Positions 15,474 to 24,433 of a stretch of DNA of 31,729 nucleotides are shown here, one piece after another. The stretch covers positions 1-31,729 of IMG/VR virus record IMGVR_UViG_3300025035_000073. The stretch is one strand, 5' to 3'. The notes below the pieces were generated by a model that ran no database searches, was not told the origin of the DNA, and worked only from the letters and a program-made list of their open reading frames with translations. Within the stretch, counting starts at the first letter, position 1. Each line of letters opens with the position of its first letter. The translations under genes and the position numbers were made by a program. The DNA is from a virus. Its lineage: Duplodnaviria; Caudoviricetes.

Positions 15474-15502
15474 ATCATACTGCCTTTATTCATAGGGGTC
15501 AA
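15474..15502 (-). promoter_or_regulatory. Near-consensus sigma70 promoter
   Basis: TTGACC-17 bp-TATGAT. Confidence 0.8.
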
Positions 15503-16148
15503 GCGTGGGTTAAGCGTGTGCGTTTCTGCGTGAGGTAGGTTCTCCGTGCGGTAGAAGTTGTGCCCTAAATACCGCGAACTTGCAATCTGCTAGGTTGAAT
15601 TGTGAAGCTCGGGTTTGAGATTCTGCGTGTGCTCCGTGTCTCCGGTTCTCCGGTGGTCCGTGTCTAAGTGCTGTATTTATTGGCGCTATTGGAGGGACGG
15701 ACACTAACCCGAACCCGAGTGCTGGACGATGGAAGAGAACAGCTTCACAAACTTCAAAAAGTTGGGACGCTACTCCTGCATCCCAATCATTACTTCTTTA
15801 TTGACTTGATATTAATTGGGTAAGGTAGTATCTGTAACTGAAAGTCCTACAAGGTGTTTTTGTTGTAGAGATCACCACTTACGGCGCTTCATGTTTTTTG
15901 AAAATGTGAAGTTACGATTCAAAGCTGCCACGCGAAGTACCATCTGGGGCTTGATACCCGCTTTTGACACACACGGCAGGAAAGTTTCTGGGAGGCTCTA
16001 CCTCTGTGTAAATACACAATAAGAGAATAACGCAATTGCGTTAAAAAGCACAACCGGATATGAAAGCGTGCGCGGGTATCCGGTTCACGCAAACACGCAG
16101 ATGTGAAGCTCGTCCCCGCTGCGGCCCAACGTCTCCGTCAATATCGGC
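15503..16148. other. AT-richer non-coding hub between the divergent arms (candidate origin and/or packaging site)
   Basis: No credible ORF; repeated TGTGAAG(C/T)T motif; palindromes; lies between the primase arm and terS. Confidence 0.6.
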
Positions 16149-16178
16149 TTGACGGCCACTCAGCATCTAAGGTATAAG
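16149..16178 (+). promoter_or_regulatory. Sigma70-like promoter for the terminase operon
   Basis: TTGACG-18 bp-TATAAG. Confidence 0.65.
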
Positions 16179-16215
16179 CTGCGCGCACATAGAAGTCATA
16201 CCGGAGAAACGACAA

Positions 16216-16632
16216 ATGGCTACCCGCAACATCACGCCCCGAAAGGTCAAGCTCACGCCCACCGACATTCCAGGCGTCTTCCGCAACAAGGCGGGCACCT
16301 TGGTGGACGAACACAACGTGGCTCTCAGCTTCAAGGCTTTGCACACCAAGGATCAAGAACGCTTCAGCGAGGCTCTCAACGGGGGCGGGGTGTCCCAACC
16401 AGCTGACCTACTCAAAGCAGTAGCGCTAGACCCGCGCTTGCCGCTCCACACCCGACTAGACGCTGCCAACAAGGCGGCTCCGTACTTCACGCCGAAGAAG
16501 GTGGCCATCCAAGGCGTTGAGGGCGCAGCACCCATTGGCATTCAGGACGTGGCGGCTCTACCTCAGAAGGACTTGGACCGCCTGGAAGCACTGTACGCTC
16601 AGGCCGCCAAGTTGTTGGGAGCTACGCAATGA
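16216..16632 (+). CDS. terS: Putative terminase small subunit
   Basis: Position and ATGA coupling to terL; RLDAANKAAPYFTPK motif; GGAG RBS. Confidence 0.75.
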   Translation: MATRNITPRKVKLTPTDIPGVFRNKAGTLVDEHNVALSFKALHTKDQERFSEALNGGGVSQPADLLKAVALDPRLPLHTRLDAANKAAPYFTPKKVAIQGVEGAAPIGIQDVAALPQKDLDRLEALYAQAAKLLGATQ

Positions 16633-18119
16633 CACCAGGAGAGCTCAGGGCGCGGATGGAAGCGGTGAAGGCTGTACAGGCCGAACGCTCGCTCTGGCGC
16701 TTCCTGCGGGACTACGCTTGGCCGGTGTTACAACCGTGCACGCCCTTTGTGGACAACTGGCACGTGCACGCCATATGCGAGCACCTGGAGGCGCTGAGTC
16801 GGGGTGAAATCAAGCGGCTGGTGATCAACGTTCCCTTCCGGATGTTGAAGTCCACTATCATCTCACAGGCGTTTCCTGCGTGGGAGTGGCTGGCGAAGCC
16901 CCACCTTCAGTATCTCACCGCCTCCTACGCCAAGGACGTGGCCACCCGCGATGCTGTGGACTCCCGGCGCATCATGGAGTCACCCGCGTACCAAGCAGCT
17001 TGGGGCACCAGGTTCCGCATGACGACGGACCAGAACGTGAAGACCCGGTATGAGAACAACCGGAAGGGTAGCCGGGTGGTGACCGCTACGGATGCGGCGG
17101 GTACGGGCTTCGGGGGCAACCGCATCGTCATTGACGACCCTGTGAGCGCACTCGAGGCCGATTCTGAGGTTGCCCGCGCTCAGTCCATTGAGTGGTGGAA
17201 GGGTACAGCGTCCACGCGCCTGAACAATCCCAAGGAAGACGCCATCATCGTGGTGCACCAGCGCCTCCACGTGGAGGACTTGACCGGGTACATCCTGGCC
17301 AATGAGAAGGGCTGGGAGCACTTGGTGCTGCCCATGCGGTATGATCCAGCCCTGCGGAAGACCACGTCACTGGGGTTCCAAGACCCACGGAAGGTGGAAG
17401 GTGAGCTCATGGCACCTGAGCGCCTGGACGACGCCACGGTGCGGGAGATGGAAGACCGCTTGGGTAAGTACCACACCAACGCACAGCTGCAGCAGAACCC
17501 CTCCAGCCGTGAGGGGTCGATATTCAAGGTGAAGGACTGGCAGTTCTATCACGTTCCACCTGAGCAGATGGCAGCCGACATGGAGGAGATAGTGTGGAGT
17601 TGGGACTGCACGTTCAAGGACGGCACGGGTACGGACTTCGTGGCTGGGCACTGCATTGGGCGGAAGGGTGCCAACAAGTACCTGCTGGCCCGAGTATGTG
17701 AGCGCATGGGGTTCAGCGCCACCAAGACACGCATCCTGAACGAACACGCCCGCTCACCCTTCACGCGCAAGACAATTGCCGTGCTGATTGAGGACAAAGC
17801 CAATGGTCCAGCGGTACTGGACGCACTGGAAGACGACGTACCCGGCCTGACGCCTATCAGCCCTCAGGGGGGCAAGGTAGCTCGGGCCAACGCTGTACAG
17901 CCGCAGCACGAGGCAGGCAACTTCTTCCTGCCCAGCCCCACGCTGAAGGGATGTGAGTGGGTCAACGACTTTGTTGACCTGTTTGCCCGGTTCCCTGGCG
18001 TCAAGAACGATGACGACGTGGACGCATGGACTCAGGGCGTGAACTGGTACACCACGCGTGAGAATTTCAAACGACCTTCGGTTGCACCCTACACAGGTGG
18101 TGGCCGCACTTTCAACTAG
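16629..18119 (+). CDS. terL: Terminase large subunit
   Basis: LVINVPFRMLKS, IVIDDP, QRLH.EDL.G; nuclease motifs SWD, IEDKANG, NDDDVDA. Confidence 0.93.
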   Translation: MTPGELRARMEAVKAVQAERSLWRFLRDYAWPVLQPCTPFVDNWHVHAICEHLEALSRGEIKRLVINVPFRMLKSTIISQAFPAWEWLAKPHLQYLTASYAKDVATRDAVDSRRIMESPAYQAAWGTRFRMTTDQNVKTRYENNRKGSRVVTATDAAGTGFGGNRIVIDDPVSALEADSEVARAQSIEWWKGTASTRLNNPKEDAIIVVHQRLHVEDLTGYILANEKGWEHLVLPMRYDPALRKTTSLGFQDPRKVEGELMAPERLDDATVREMEDRLGKYHTNAQLQQNPSSREGSIFKVKDWQFYHVPPEQMAADMEEIVWSWDCTFKDGTGTDFVAGHCIGRKGANKYLLARVCERMGFSATKTRILNEHARSPFTRKTIAVLIEDKANGPAVLDALEDDVPGLTPISPQGGKVARANAVQPQHEAGNFFLPSPTLKGCEWVNDFVDLFARFPGVKNDDDVDAWTQGVNWYTTRENFKRPSVAPYTGGGRTFN

Positions 18120-18128
18120 GAGCATTGT

Positions 18129-19724
18129 ATGAGCAACCGAAACTTCTTTACCCGCCTGTTCTCCCGCCCTTCTGCCACGGGCACGGTGAACGACGGTTCC
18201 AACCCCGGCGCACAGGTGGCGCTGTATGAAGAGGAGGCCACCACTCAGCTGGTGCGTCTGCTCACCAAGATTCCCGACTTGGACGAGGTGCTGAAGCAGG
18301 CCGGTATTCGGCGTGACCGCCTACGCACCTTGATGTACGATGATGAGATTGCTCAGGCGTGTGAGACCCGCTTGGACGCCATGCTGGCCACGCCCCTGCG
18401 GGTAGAGCCTAGCGAGTCCACACAAGGCAAGTTGATCATGGACGTGCTTGCCCCGGTACTTCAGGACGCAGCGAGTGGCGCTTGGCAGGCTCGGCTCTAC
18501 GGGTACAGCGTGATGGAGGCGGTGTACTACCGACGCGAGGACGGAGTCATTGGCGTCAAGTACCTCGGTGAAAAGCCCTTCAGCTGGTTTGAGCCCAAGC
18601 CCGACGGGCGGCTCATGTACTTCCCTGATGACGGTTCGGGCGGCGGCGTAGGCATTGAGGTCGACCAACGCTACAAGTTCTTCTTGACACGCGCACGCCC
18701 GACGTACATGCAGCCCTACGGGGAGGCGTTGCTGAGCAGGCTCTACTGGGCTTGGTACTTCCGCAACAACGGCTGGAAGTTCTGGGGCAAGTTCCTTGAA
18801 CGCTTTGGGGCTCCGCTCTTGGTGGGCAAGTCCGGTGACCCCAAGGAGATGGTCAAGGCACTGCTCCTGGCTCACAGCCAAGCGGTGATTGGCATCGACA
18901 AAGAGGACAGCGTGGAAGCCGTGGGCGTACCTGCAGGCAACAGCGGTCAGTCGTTTGAGATGTTTGAGAATAGTGTCATCCGCCGCATTCAGAAGGTGGT
19001 GCTGGGTCAGACGTTGACCTCCGGCACTGATGGCGGTAGCGGCAACCGTGCTCTGGGCCAAGTGCACGACGCGGTACGGATGGACAAGCGCAACAGCGAC
19101 ATCATGCTGGTGAGGCCGACAATGCAGAAGATTGTGGACGCCTTGTGTGAGCTCAACGGGTGGGTCAAGCACGAGGTGGTGTTTGCTGACGAGGTGGGTC
19201 TGGAGAAGGAACGCGCCACGCGTGACAAAGACCTGTACGCGGTGGGTGTGCGGTTTGAGAAAGGTTACTTTCAAGACAACTACGATTTACGTGAGGAGGA
19301 CTTCACGCTGAGCAGCGAAGACCCGGTTGCCGGCTTACCTCCAGCCGAGCCTCAAGGTGGCGGTGAAGCTAATCCCGGTCAGACCGGCGATGCCAATGCT
19401 ACACCGAACTCTGGCACCGGAGCCAAGGCTGCTCAGACGCCTCCTCACCTTTTTACAAAGCACGGCTCCGGCACGCGGTTCACTCAGCAGCAACAGCTGA
19501 TTGAAGACCAGGCCGACGCATCCTTGGGTGAGGGTGGGTTGCCCCTGGACCCAGCGCAGGTTCGTTCTGCGGTGCTGGCTGCCACGTCCTCAGAGGACTT
19601 GGCTGACCGCTTGTTCGCTCTCATGGGTGACAAGGTCAGCACAGAGCAATTCACGGTGACGTTGGAGCACGCCCTCTACGCTGCTGACGTGCTGGGTTAC
19701 GTCCACGCAGAAGGCAAGGTGTAA
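18129..19724 (+). CDS. Portal protein (Mu gp29/DUF935-like)
   Basis: YGYSVME, PYGEALL, FLERFGAP, KVVLGQTLTS, ALGQVH. Confidence 0.92.
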   Translation: MSNRNFFTRLFSRPSATGTVNDGSNPGAQVALYEEEATTQLVRLLTKIPDLDEVLKQAGIRRDRLRTLMYDDEIAQACETRLDAMLATPLRVEPSESTQGKLIMDVLAPVLQDAASGAWQARLYGYSVMEAVYYRREDGVIGVKYLGEKPFSWFEPKPDGRLMYFPDDGSGGGVGIEVDQRYKFFLTRARPTYMQPYGEALLSRLYWAWYFRNNGWKFWGKFLERFGAPLLVGKSGDPKEMVKALLLAHSQAVIGIDKEDSVEAVGVPAGNSGQSFEMFENSVIRRIQKVVLGQTLTSGTDGGSGNRALGQVHDAVRMDKRNSDIMLVRPTMQKIVDALCELNGWVKHEVVFADEVGLEKERATRDKDLYAVGVRFEKGYFQDNYDLREEDFTLSSEDPVAGLPPAEPQGGGEANPGQTGDANATPNSGTGAKAAQTPPHLFTKHGSGTRFTQQQQLIEDQADASLGEGGLPLDPAQVRSAVLAATSSEDLADRLFALMGDKVSTEQFTVTLEHALYAADVLGYVHAEGKV

Positions 19725-19725
19725 C

Positions 19726-20469
19726 ATGGCCACCGCACTCAGCTTCATTGAAGCCATTGAGTACGCGGAGAGCCGGAACGTGGTGCTGCCGGACGAGTAC
19801 TATGGCAAGCTGGTGGGCATGCAGCGCAGCCAGTCCGTCAGCATTGCTGGGTTGGCCAGCCTGGAGCAGATCAAGTTCGTGATTGACTTGGTGGCCGACG
19901 CTCTGCGCAATGGCAAGACGCTCAAGGACTTTCAGAAGGCTGTGAAGTCCGGCAGCACCAGCGTTGACCTGCCAGCGCACCGGCTGGACAACATCTTCCG
20001 TACCAACATGCAGGTGGCGTACAACCGGGGGCGTTGGCAACAGCAGAAGACAGTGAGCTCGAGCCGACCCTATCTGATGTATGACGCCATCAACGACAGC
20101 CGCACACGCCCTTCCCACTTGGTCATGGACAACACTGTGCTCCACCACGATGACCCTTGGTGGAAGACGCACTACCCGCCTTGCGGCTACCGTTGCCGGT
20201 GCACGGTGATTAGCCTGACAGAGAAGCAAGCCCAGAAGCGCGGGGTCACGCCCGTAGCCCCGGAGGTTGACCCGGATGAAGGCTGGGACTGGAACCCCGG
20301 CGAGGACTACGGCGCGGGGGTGCGTCAGGGCTTGGACGCCTTCGGTGAGGACTTGGAGGGCGAGCAGCCTCAGCTGAAGAAGGCCATTCAGCAGGCCAAG
20401 GCCAAGGTCAAAGAGCAGGCAGATGAGGCCGGGAGTGACCTGAGCGGTGCTCCTAAGCGCAAAGCCTGA
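19726..20469 (+). CDS. Head morphogenesis protein (Mu gpF/SPP1 gp7 family)
   Basis: RLDNIFRTNMQVAY, DSRTRPSH, YPPCGYRCRC, WDWNPG. Confidence 0.92.
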   Translation: MATALSFIEAIEYAESRNVVLPDEYYGKLVGMQRSQSVSIAGLASLEQIKFVIDLVADALRNGKTLKDFQKAVKSGSTSVDLPAHRLDNIFRTNMQVAYNRGRWQQQKTVSSSRPYLMYDAINDSRTRPSHLVMDNTVLHHDDPWWKTHYPPCGYRCRCTVISLTEKQAQKRGVTPVAPEVDPDEGWDWNPGEDYGAGVRQGLDAFGEDLEGEQPQLKKAIQQAKAKVKEQADEAGSDLSGAPKRKA

Positions 20470-20560
20470 GCAGCAGAGAGCAGAGCGGTGCACTTATTGA
20501 GCAAAAGGCTGCAGGGCGGGGTGGGTAAGGGCTAAATTTGCTCTAAATAGCAACTTCGGC

Positions 20561-20589
20561 TTTACTTTGCTCCGGCCTTCAGTTATAAG
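20561..20589 (+). promoter_or_regulatory. Sigma70-like promoter for the head genes
   Basis: TTTACT-17 bp-TATAAG, preceded by GGC as in the promoters at 1104, 10350 and 16149. Confidence 0.65.
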
Positions 20590-20631
20590 CGCCAGCAACG
20601 AACGACAGACCGACATTTAGGAGTTTCAACC

Positions 20632-21639
20632 ATGGCAGATGCCACCAAGCGAGAACTGAACGCCGAAAACCGGCAGTTCTCGCTCACAGCCCAAGCAAAG
20701 TTCAGCATGGACGGCACGGGCGAAAAGCGCCAGCGCAAGTTCAGCGGCGTGGCGTACTCGGGCGACGTCATCACTGGTCATTGGTACTGGGGCAGCGTGG
20801 TGTTCGACCTGACCACCCTGAGCGTACCGGACAAACTGCCCGCGTTGATTGACCACAGTCGGTCTCAACGGTGCGGCTACGTGACCGCCTCCAGCATCAG
20901 CAACGAGGTGGGGCTCACGGTGAGCGGCAACCTGCTCAGCAACGAACACGGCACATCAGTGGCGGAGGAGTCAGACGAAGGCTTCCCGTGGCAGATGAGC
21001 GTCCACATTGAACCCGGCAGCATTGAAGAAGTGCTCCAGGGCTCCAACACAGTGGTCAACGGGCACACCTTTGCTGGCCCAATCACTGTGTTCAAAAATT
21101 CGAAAATCGTCGAGGTGAGCTTCACGGCCACCGGATGGGATTCGAATACTTCCGCCGCAGCAATGTCGCGAGGCGGTGATACTTCACCCTCTTCACAAGG
21201 AGAAAGCGCAATGGACTTGAAGCAACTTCAAGATCGCGTTGCTGCGCTGGAAGCCGAGAACAAATCGCTCCAAGCCAGCAAGGACGACCTGAGCAAGCAA
21301 CTTACGGATGCCACCGACAAGCTGACCAAATTCAGTTCTGAAGCCCGTGCTGCTGCTGTTCAGCAACTGTTCACCGACATCGGTCGCGAATACAAGGCAG
21401 ACGACGCAGAAGCGAAGGCGTTCAGCGCCATGCCGCAGGAAGCGTTTGACGCCACGGCCAAGGTGATGCGTGAACAGTTCAAGAAGCCTGCTGGCGGTGC
21501 CTCCGCTCCGCAGACCGCTGCGTTGTTCCAACACCAGGCCAACGGTGGCAGCGCACCCGCGCAGACCACTGCACCCGCAAGCAACCCGCTGATGGCTGAC
21601 GCTGAAAAGCGCGCAGCACAATTCAGCAAGCGAGCCTGA
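20632..21639 (+). CDS. Prohead protease/scaffold
   Basis: FSGVAYSG, LIDH, GFPWQMSV, EVSF; coiled-coil C-terminal half; AGGAG RBS. Confidence 0.85.
   Translation: MADATKRELNAENRQFSLTAQAKFSMDGTGEKRQRKFSGVAYSGDVITGHWYWGSVVFDLTTLSVPDKLPALIDHSRSQRCGYVTASSISNEVGLTVSGNLLSNEHGTSVAEESDEGFPWQMSVHIEPGSIEEVLQGSNTVVNGHTFAGPITVFKNSKIVEVSFTATGWDSNTSAAAMSRGGDTSPSSQGESAMDLKQLQDRVAALEAENKSLQASKDDLSKQLTDATDKLTKFSSEARAAAVQQLFTDIGREYKADDAEAKAFSAMPQEAFDATAKVMREQFKKPAGGASAPQTAALFQHQANGGSAPAQTTAPASNPLMADAEKRAAQFSKRA
21211..21639 (+). CDS. Scaffold protein from an in-frame internal start
   Basis: AAGGAG RBS before MDLKQLQDRV, in frame with the protease, as in Mu I/Z and lambda C/Nu3. Confidence 0.7.
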   Translation: MDLKQLQDRVAALEAENKSLQASKDDLSKQLTDATDKLTKFSSEARAAAVQQLFTDIGREYKADDAEAKAFSAMPQEAFDATAKVMREQFKKPAGGASAPQTAALFQHQANGGSAPAQTTAPASNPLMADAEKRAAQFSKRA

Positions 21640-21678
21640 CCCGCTGTCCCTTAACCCATAGACGAAAGGAAAGACATT

Positions 21679-22065
21679 ATGGTCTCCGCTGTCAAGAACG
21701 AGCCGGGTCGCGCCAGTGACTGGCTCCTGTATGAAGAGGATGAGATTGGCCGCTACTCGCGTGACGTTGTCACCGTGGCCGCCAACCAAACCCTCAAGTG
21801 TGGTGCTGTTGTCGGCTTGAACGCTGCCGGCACTGAGGTTGTTGAATATGACAACACCGACTTGGATGGTGGTGGTGTTGTCGTCGGTATCATGGCTGAA
21901 GAAGTCATCACCGGCGCTGCCACCGTCAAGGGCGTGATCATCGCCCGTCACGCCAAAGTCGCACCCAGCGGCCTGGTGTGGAAGACCGGGCTGCTCCAAG
22001 CTGACAAAGACGCTGCCATGGCGGACTTGAAGGCCGCGGGCATCATCGCTTCGGCTGAAGCCTAA
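21679..22065 (+). CDS. Head decoration protein
   Basis: YSRDVVTV...GAVVG...ARHA...L.W...AMADLKAAGII; lies upstream of the major capsid gene. Confidence 0.85.
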   Translation: MVSAVKNEPGRASDWLLYEEDEIGRYSRDVVTVAANQTLKCGAVVGLNAAGTEVVEYDNTDLDGGGVVVGIMAEEVITGAATVKGVIIARHAKVAPSGLVWKTGLLQADKDAAMADLKAAGIIASAEA

Positions 22066-22096
22066 CCACAACACCACCTGAAAGGAAACCCGCATC

Positions 22097-23086
22097 ATGA
22101 TGATAGACCCGTTCAAGGACGGTTTCAGCCTGACTCAGTTGAGCCAAGCTATCAACGTCCTTCCCAACATGTATGGCCGCGTCAATGAACTGGGCTTGTT
22201 CGCATTCCGCGCACAGTCCGTCAAGACCGTCACCATCGAAATGCAAAATGGCGTTCTGACGCTCGTGCCCACCACTCCCTGGGGGGGCCCCGCGCCGAAG
22301 AACAAGGTGGGCAAGCGCAACGTGCGCTCGTTCAACATTCCGCACATGCCGCTGGAGGACACCGTCCTGGCTGCGGACGTGATTGGCATCCGTCAATTCG
22401 GTTCTGAAAACACCCTGGAAACCGTTGCCACCAAGGTCAACGAAAAACTCCAGACCATGAAGAACAAGATTGACCAGACGCTTGAATGGCGCAAGATGAC
22501 CGCGCTGAAGGGCATCGTCCTGGACGCTGACGGTTCTGTCATCGAAGACTACTTTGCGGCCTTCGGCGTCACCAAGAAGACCGTCACCTTCGTCCTGTCC
22601 AATGCAGCCACTGACGTCCGCGCCAAGTGCATGGAAGTTGTGCGTCACATTGAAGACAACCTGCACGGCGAAGTGATGCAGCGCGTTCACTGCCTGGTGT
22701 CGGCTGAGTTCTTCGACGGCCTGGTGGCTCACCCCAAGGTCAAGGAAGCCTACGCCAACTATGCAGAAGCCGCACAACGCATTGGCGGTGACATGCGCAA
22801 GGGCTTCAGCTTCGGTGGCCTGACGTTTGAAGAGTACCGTGGCGTGGTGGACGGCAACCGCTTTATCGACTCCGGTGAAGGTCACGCCTTCCCCATCGGC
22901 ACCAACGAAACCTTCAGCAACTTCGGTGCGCCTGCAGACTTCGTTGAAACGGTCAACACCTTGGCTCTGCCGTACTATGCGCGGCAGCAGAACAAGGACT
23001 TCAACCGTGGCATCGACCTGCACGCCCAGTCCAACCAGCTGCCGTTGGTGAACCGCCCTGCCACCATCGTTGAACTCGTGGCCTGA
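22097..23086 (+). CDS. Major capsid protein (lambda gpE-like)
   Basis: FSLTQLSQAIN..P, ALKG.VLDADG, F.FGG.TFEEY, QSN.LP...RP. Confidence 0.92.
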   Translation: MMIDPFKDGFSLTQLSQAINVLPNMYGRVNELGLFAFRAQSVKTVTIEMQNGVLTLVPTTPWGGPAPKNKVGKRNVRSFNIPHMPLEDTVLAADVIGIRQFGSENTLETVATKVNEKLQTMKNKIDQTLEWRKMTALKGIVLDADGSVIEDYFAAFGVTKKTVTFVLSNAATDVRAKCMEVVRHIEDNLHGEVMQRVHCLVSAEFFDGLVAHPKVKEAYANYAEAAQRIGGDMRKGFSFGGLTFEEYRGVVDGNRFIDSGEGHAFPIGTNETFSNFGAPADFVETVNTLALPYYARQQNKDFNRGIDLHAQSNQLPLVNRPATIVELVA

Positions 23087-23098
23087 TAGGAGCCTTCC

Positions 23099-23575
23099 AT
23101 GTACGCAGTCCGCGCTGATTTGGTGAAACGCTTTGGGGAGCAAGAGATTGCTTCGCTTGAAGACCCGGATAACACCGGGGCACCCAGTGCGGCTGTGTCA
23201 CAGGAAGCCCTGGAGGACGCCACAGAGGAAGTGAACAGCTACGTGGCTGTGCGCTACGGCTTGCCGCTGCCTTCTGTTCCAGCCCCTTTGTCCCGCGCCG
23301 TGTGCGACGTTGCACGATTCCGTCTGTACAAAGACCGCCCCACTGAGGAGGTCAAGTATCGGTACGAACGGACAGTCAAGTGGTTGGAGCAGTTGGCAGT
23401 TGGCAAGGTGTTGCTCACGTTTGACCAGGCCTTGACTCCTGCTCAGACGGAAGAACTCACCAGGCCAGCTACACCAGTGAGCGCCCACTACTCGGGCGGA
23501 GCGTTCAGCGATGACACGTTGGGCAAAATGGTCAACCCCGCAAAGGTTGACGGTTGGGGAGTGAGTCTGCGATGA
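23099..23575 (+). CDS. Head-tail adaptor (Mu gp36-like)
   Basis: MYA...DL..RFG..E, RY.LPL..VP..L....CD.ARFRL. Confidence 0.85.
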   Translation: MYAVRADLVKRFGEQEIASLEDPDNTGAPSAAVSQEALEDATEEVNSYVAVRYGLPLPSVPAPLSRAVCDVARFRLYKDRPTEEVKYRYERTVKWLEQLAVGKVLLTFDQALTPAQTEELTRPATPVSAHYSGGAFSDDTLGKMVNPAKVDGWGVSLR

Positions 23576-24060
23576 GCATCGGAGTCCGCATCACAGTCGG
23601 TGATGACAGTGCCGTGCTGTCAGCCTTGAGCAAGCTCGCGCTTGACAGGGATGACAAGACCGCATTGCTGAATGAAATCGGTGTCAACTTGGTGGAGAAT
23701 GCGCGGTTGCGGTTCTCTGATCAAGTGGCCCCCGACGGTACACCTTGGCAGCCTAGCCTGCGGGCTATCAACCAAGGTGGCGACACGCTACGGGACACCG
23801 GCACTTTGCTGGCGTCCTTGACGCACGCAGTTCTGTCCGAGGGCGTGGAGTACGGGACAAATGTACCCTACGCTGCCACAATGCACTTCGGTGACACTAT
23901 TCGGGCTTCTGCTGCGCCGTATCTGACGTTCCGGGTTCCCGGGGGCGGGTGGGCCAAGAAAAAGGAAGTGACCATACCGGCGCGTCCGTTCTTGGGGTTG
24001 GACAGTGACGATGAACAGATGGTGGTAGACATCATCGGCAACTTCTTGAAGGTACAGTGA
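23572..24060 (+). CDS. Virion morphogenesis protein (Mu gpG-like)
   Basis: RF.....PDG.PW, L.DTG.L..S, GTN..YAA...FG, IPARPFLG. Confidence 0.88.
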   Translation: MSIGVRITVGDDSAVLSALSKLALDRDDKTALLNEIGVNLVENARLRFSDQVAPDGTPWQPSLRAINQGGDTLRDTGTLLASLTHAVLSEGVEYGTNVPYAATMHFGDTIRASAAPYLTFRVPGGGWAKKKEVTIPARPFLGLDSDDEQMVVDIIGNFLKVQ

Positions 24061-24142
24061 TGGCAACTTGGTGTAAACGTGCAATGTCGAGAAGCTCCAG
24101 CGTATTGACAAGAATTCAAACTCGACTAAAGGAACCGAAGAT

Positions 24143-24433
24143 ATGGCAGAACAAGACGACAACCGCTGGAAACTTGACAAACACATTCCTGTGGCTGTCA
24201 TCTTCGCTATCGTGGTGCAAGGTATGGCTGGCGTGTGGTGGTTGTCCGACCTGCAGCACTCAGTTCAAGATCACGAGCGCCGGTTGGTGGCTCAAGAAGC
24301 CGCCAAGATTGCTGAGCGTATGGCGGTGGTGGAGGTGCAGATGCGGGACAGCCGTGAACTCCAATTAGAGATGAACCGCAAACTTGACCGCCTGATGGAC
24401 TCCAAGGGTTTGCGCGGTCAGCAGAGGCCATGA
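24143..24433 (+). CDS. Single-TM plus coiled-coil membrane protein (possibly lysis-related)
   Basis: Hydrophobic IPVAVIFAIVVQGMAGVWW followed by a heptad-rich region; AAGGA RBS. Confidence 0.7.
   Translation: MAEQDDNRWKLDKHIPVAVIFAIVVQGMAGVWWLSDLQHSVQDHERRLVAQEAAKIAERMAVVEVQMRDSRELQLEMNRKLDRLMDSKGLRGQQRP

Noticed and set aside
15510-16022. Short ORFs in the central hub
   Set aside because: No RBS and atypical codon usage.
24105-24135. TTGACA upstream of the membrane protein gene as a moron promoter
   Set aside because: No convincing -10 element at 16-18 bp spacing.
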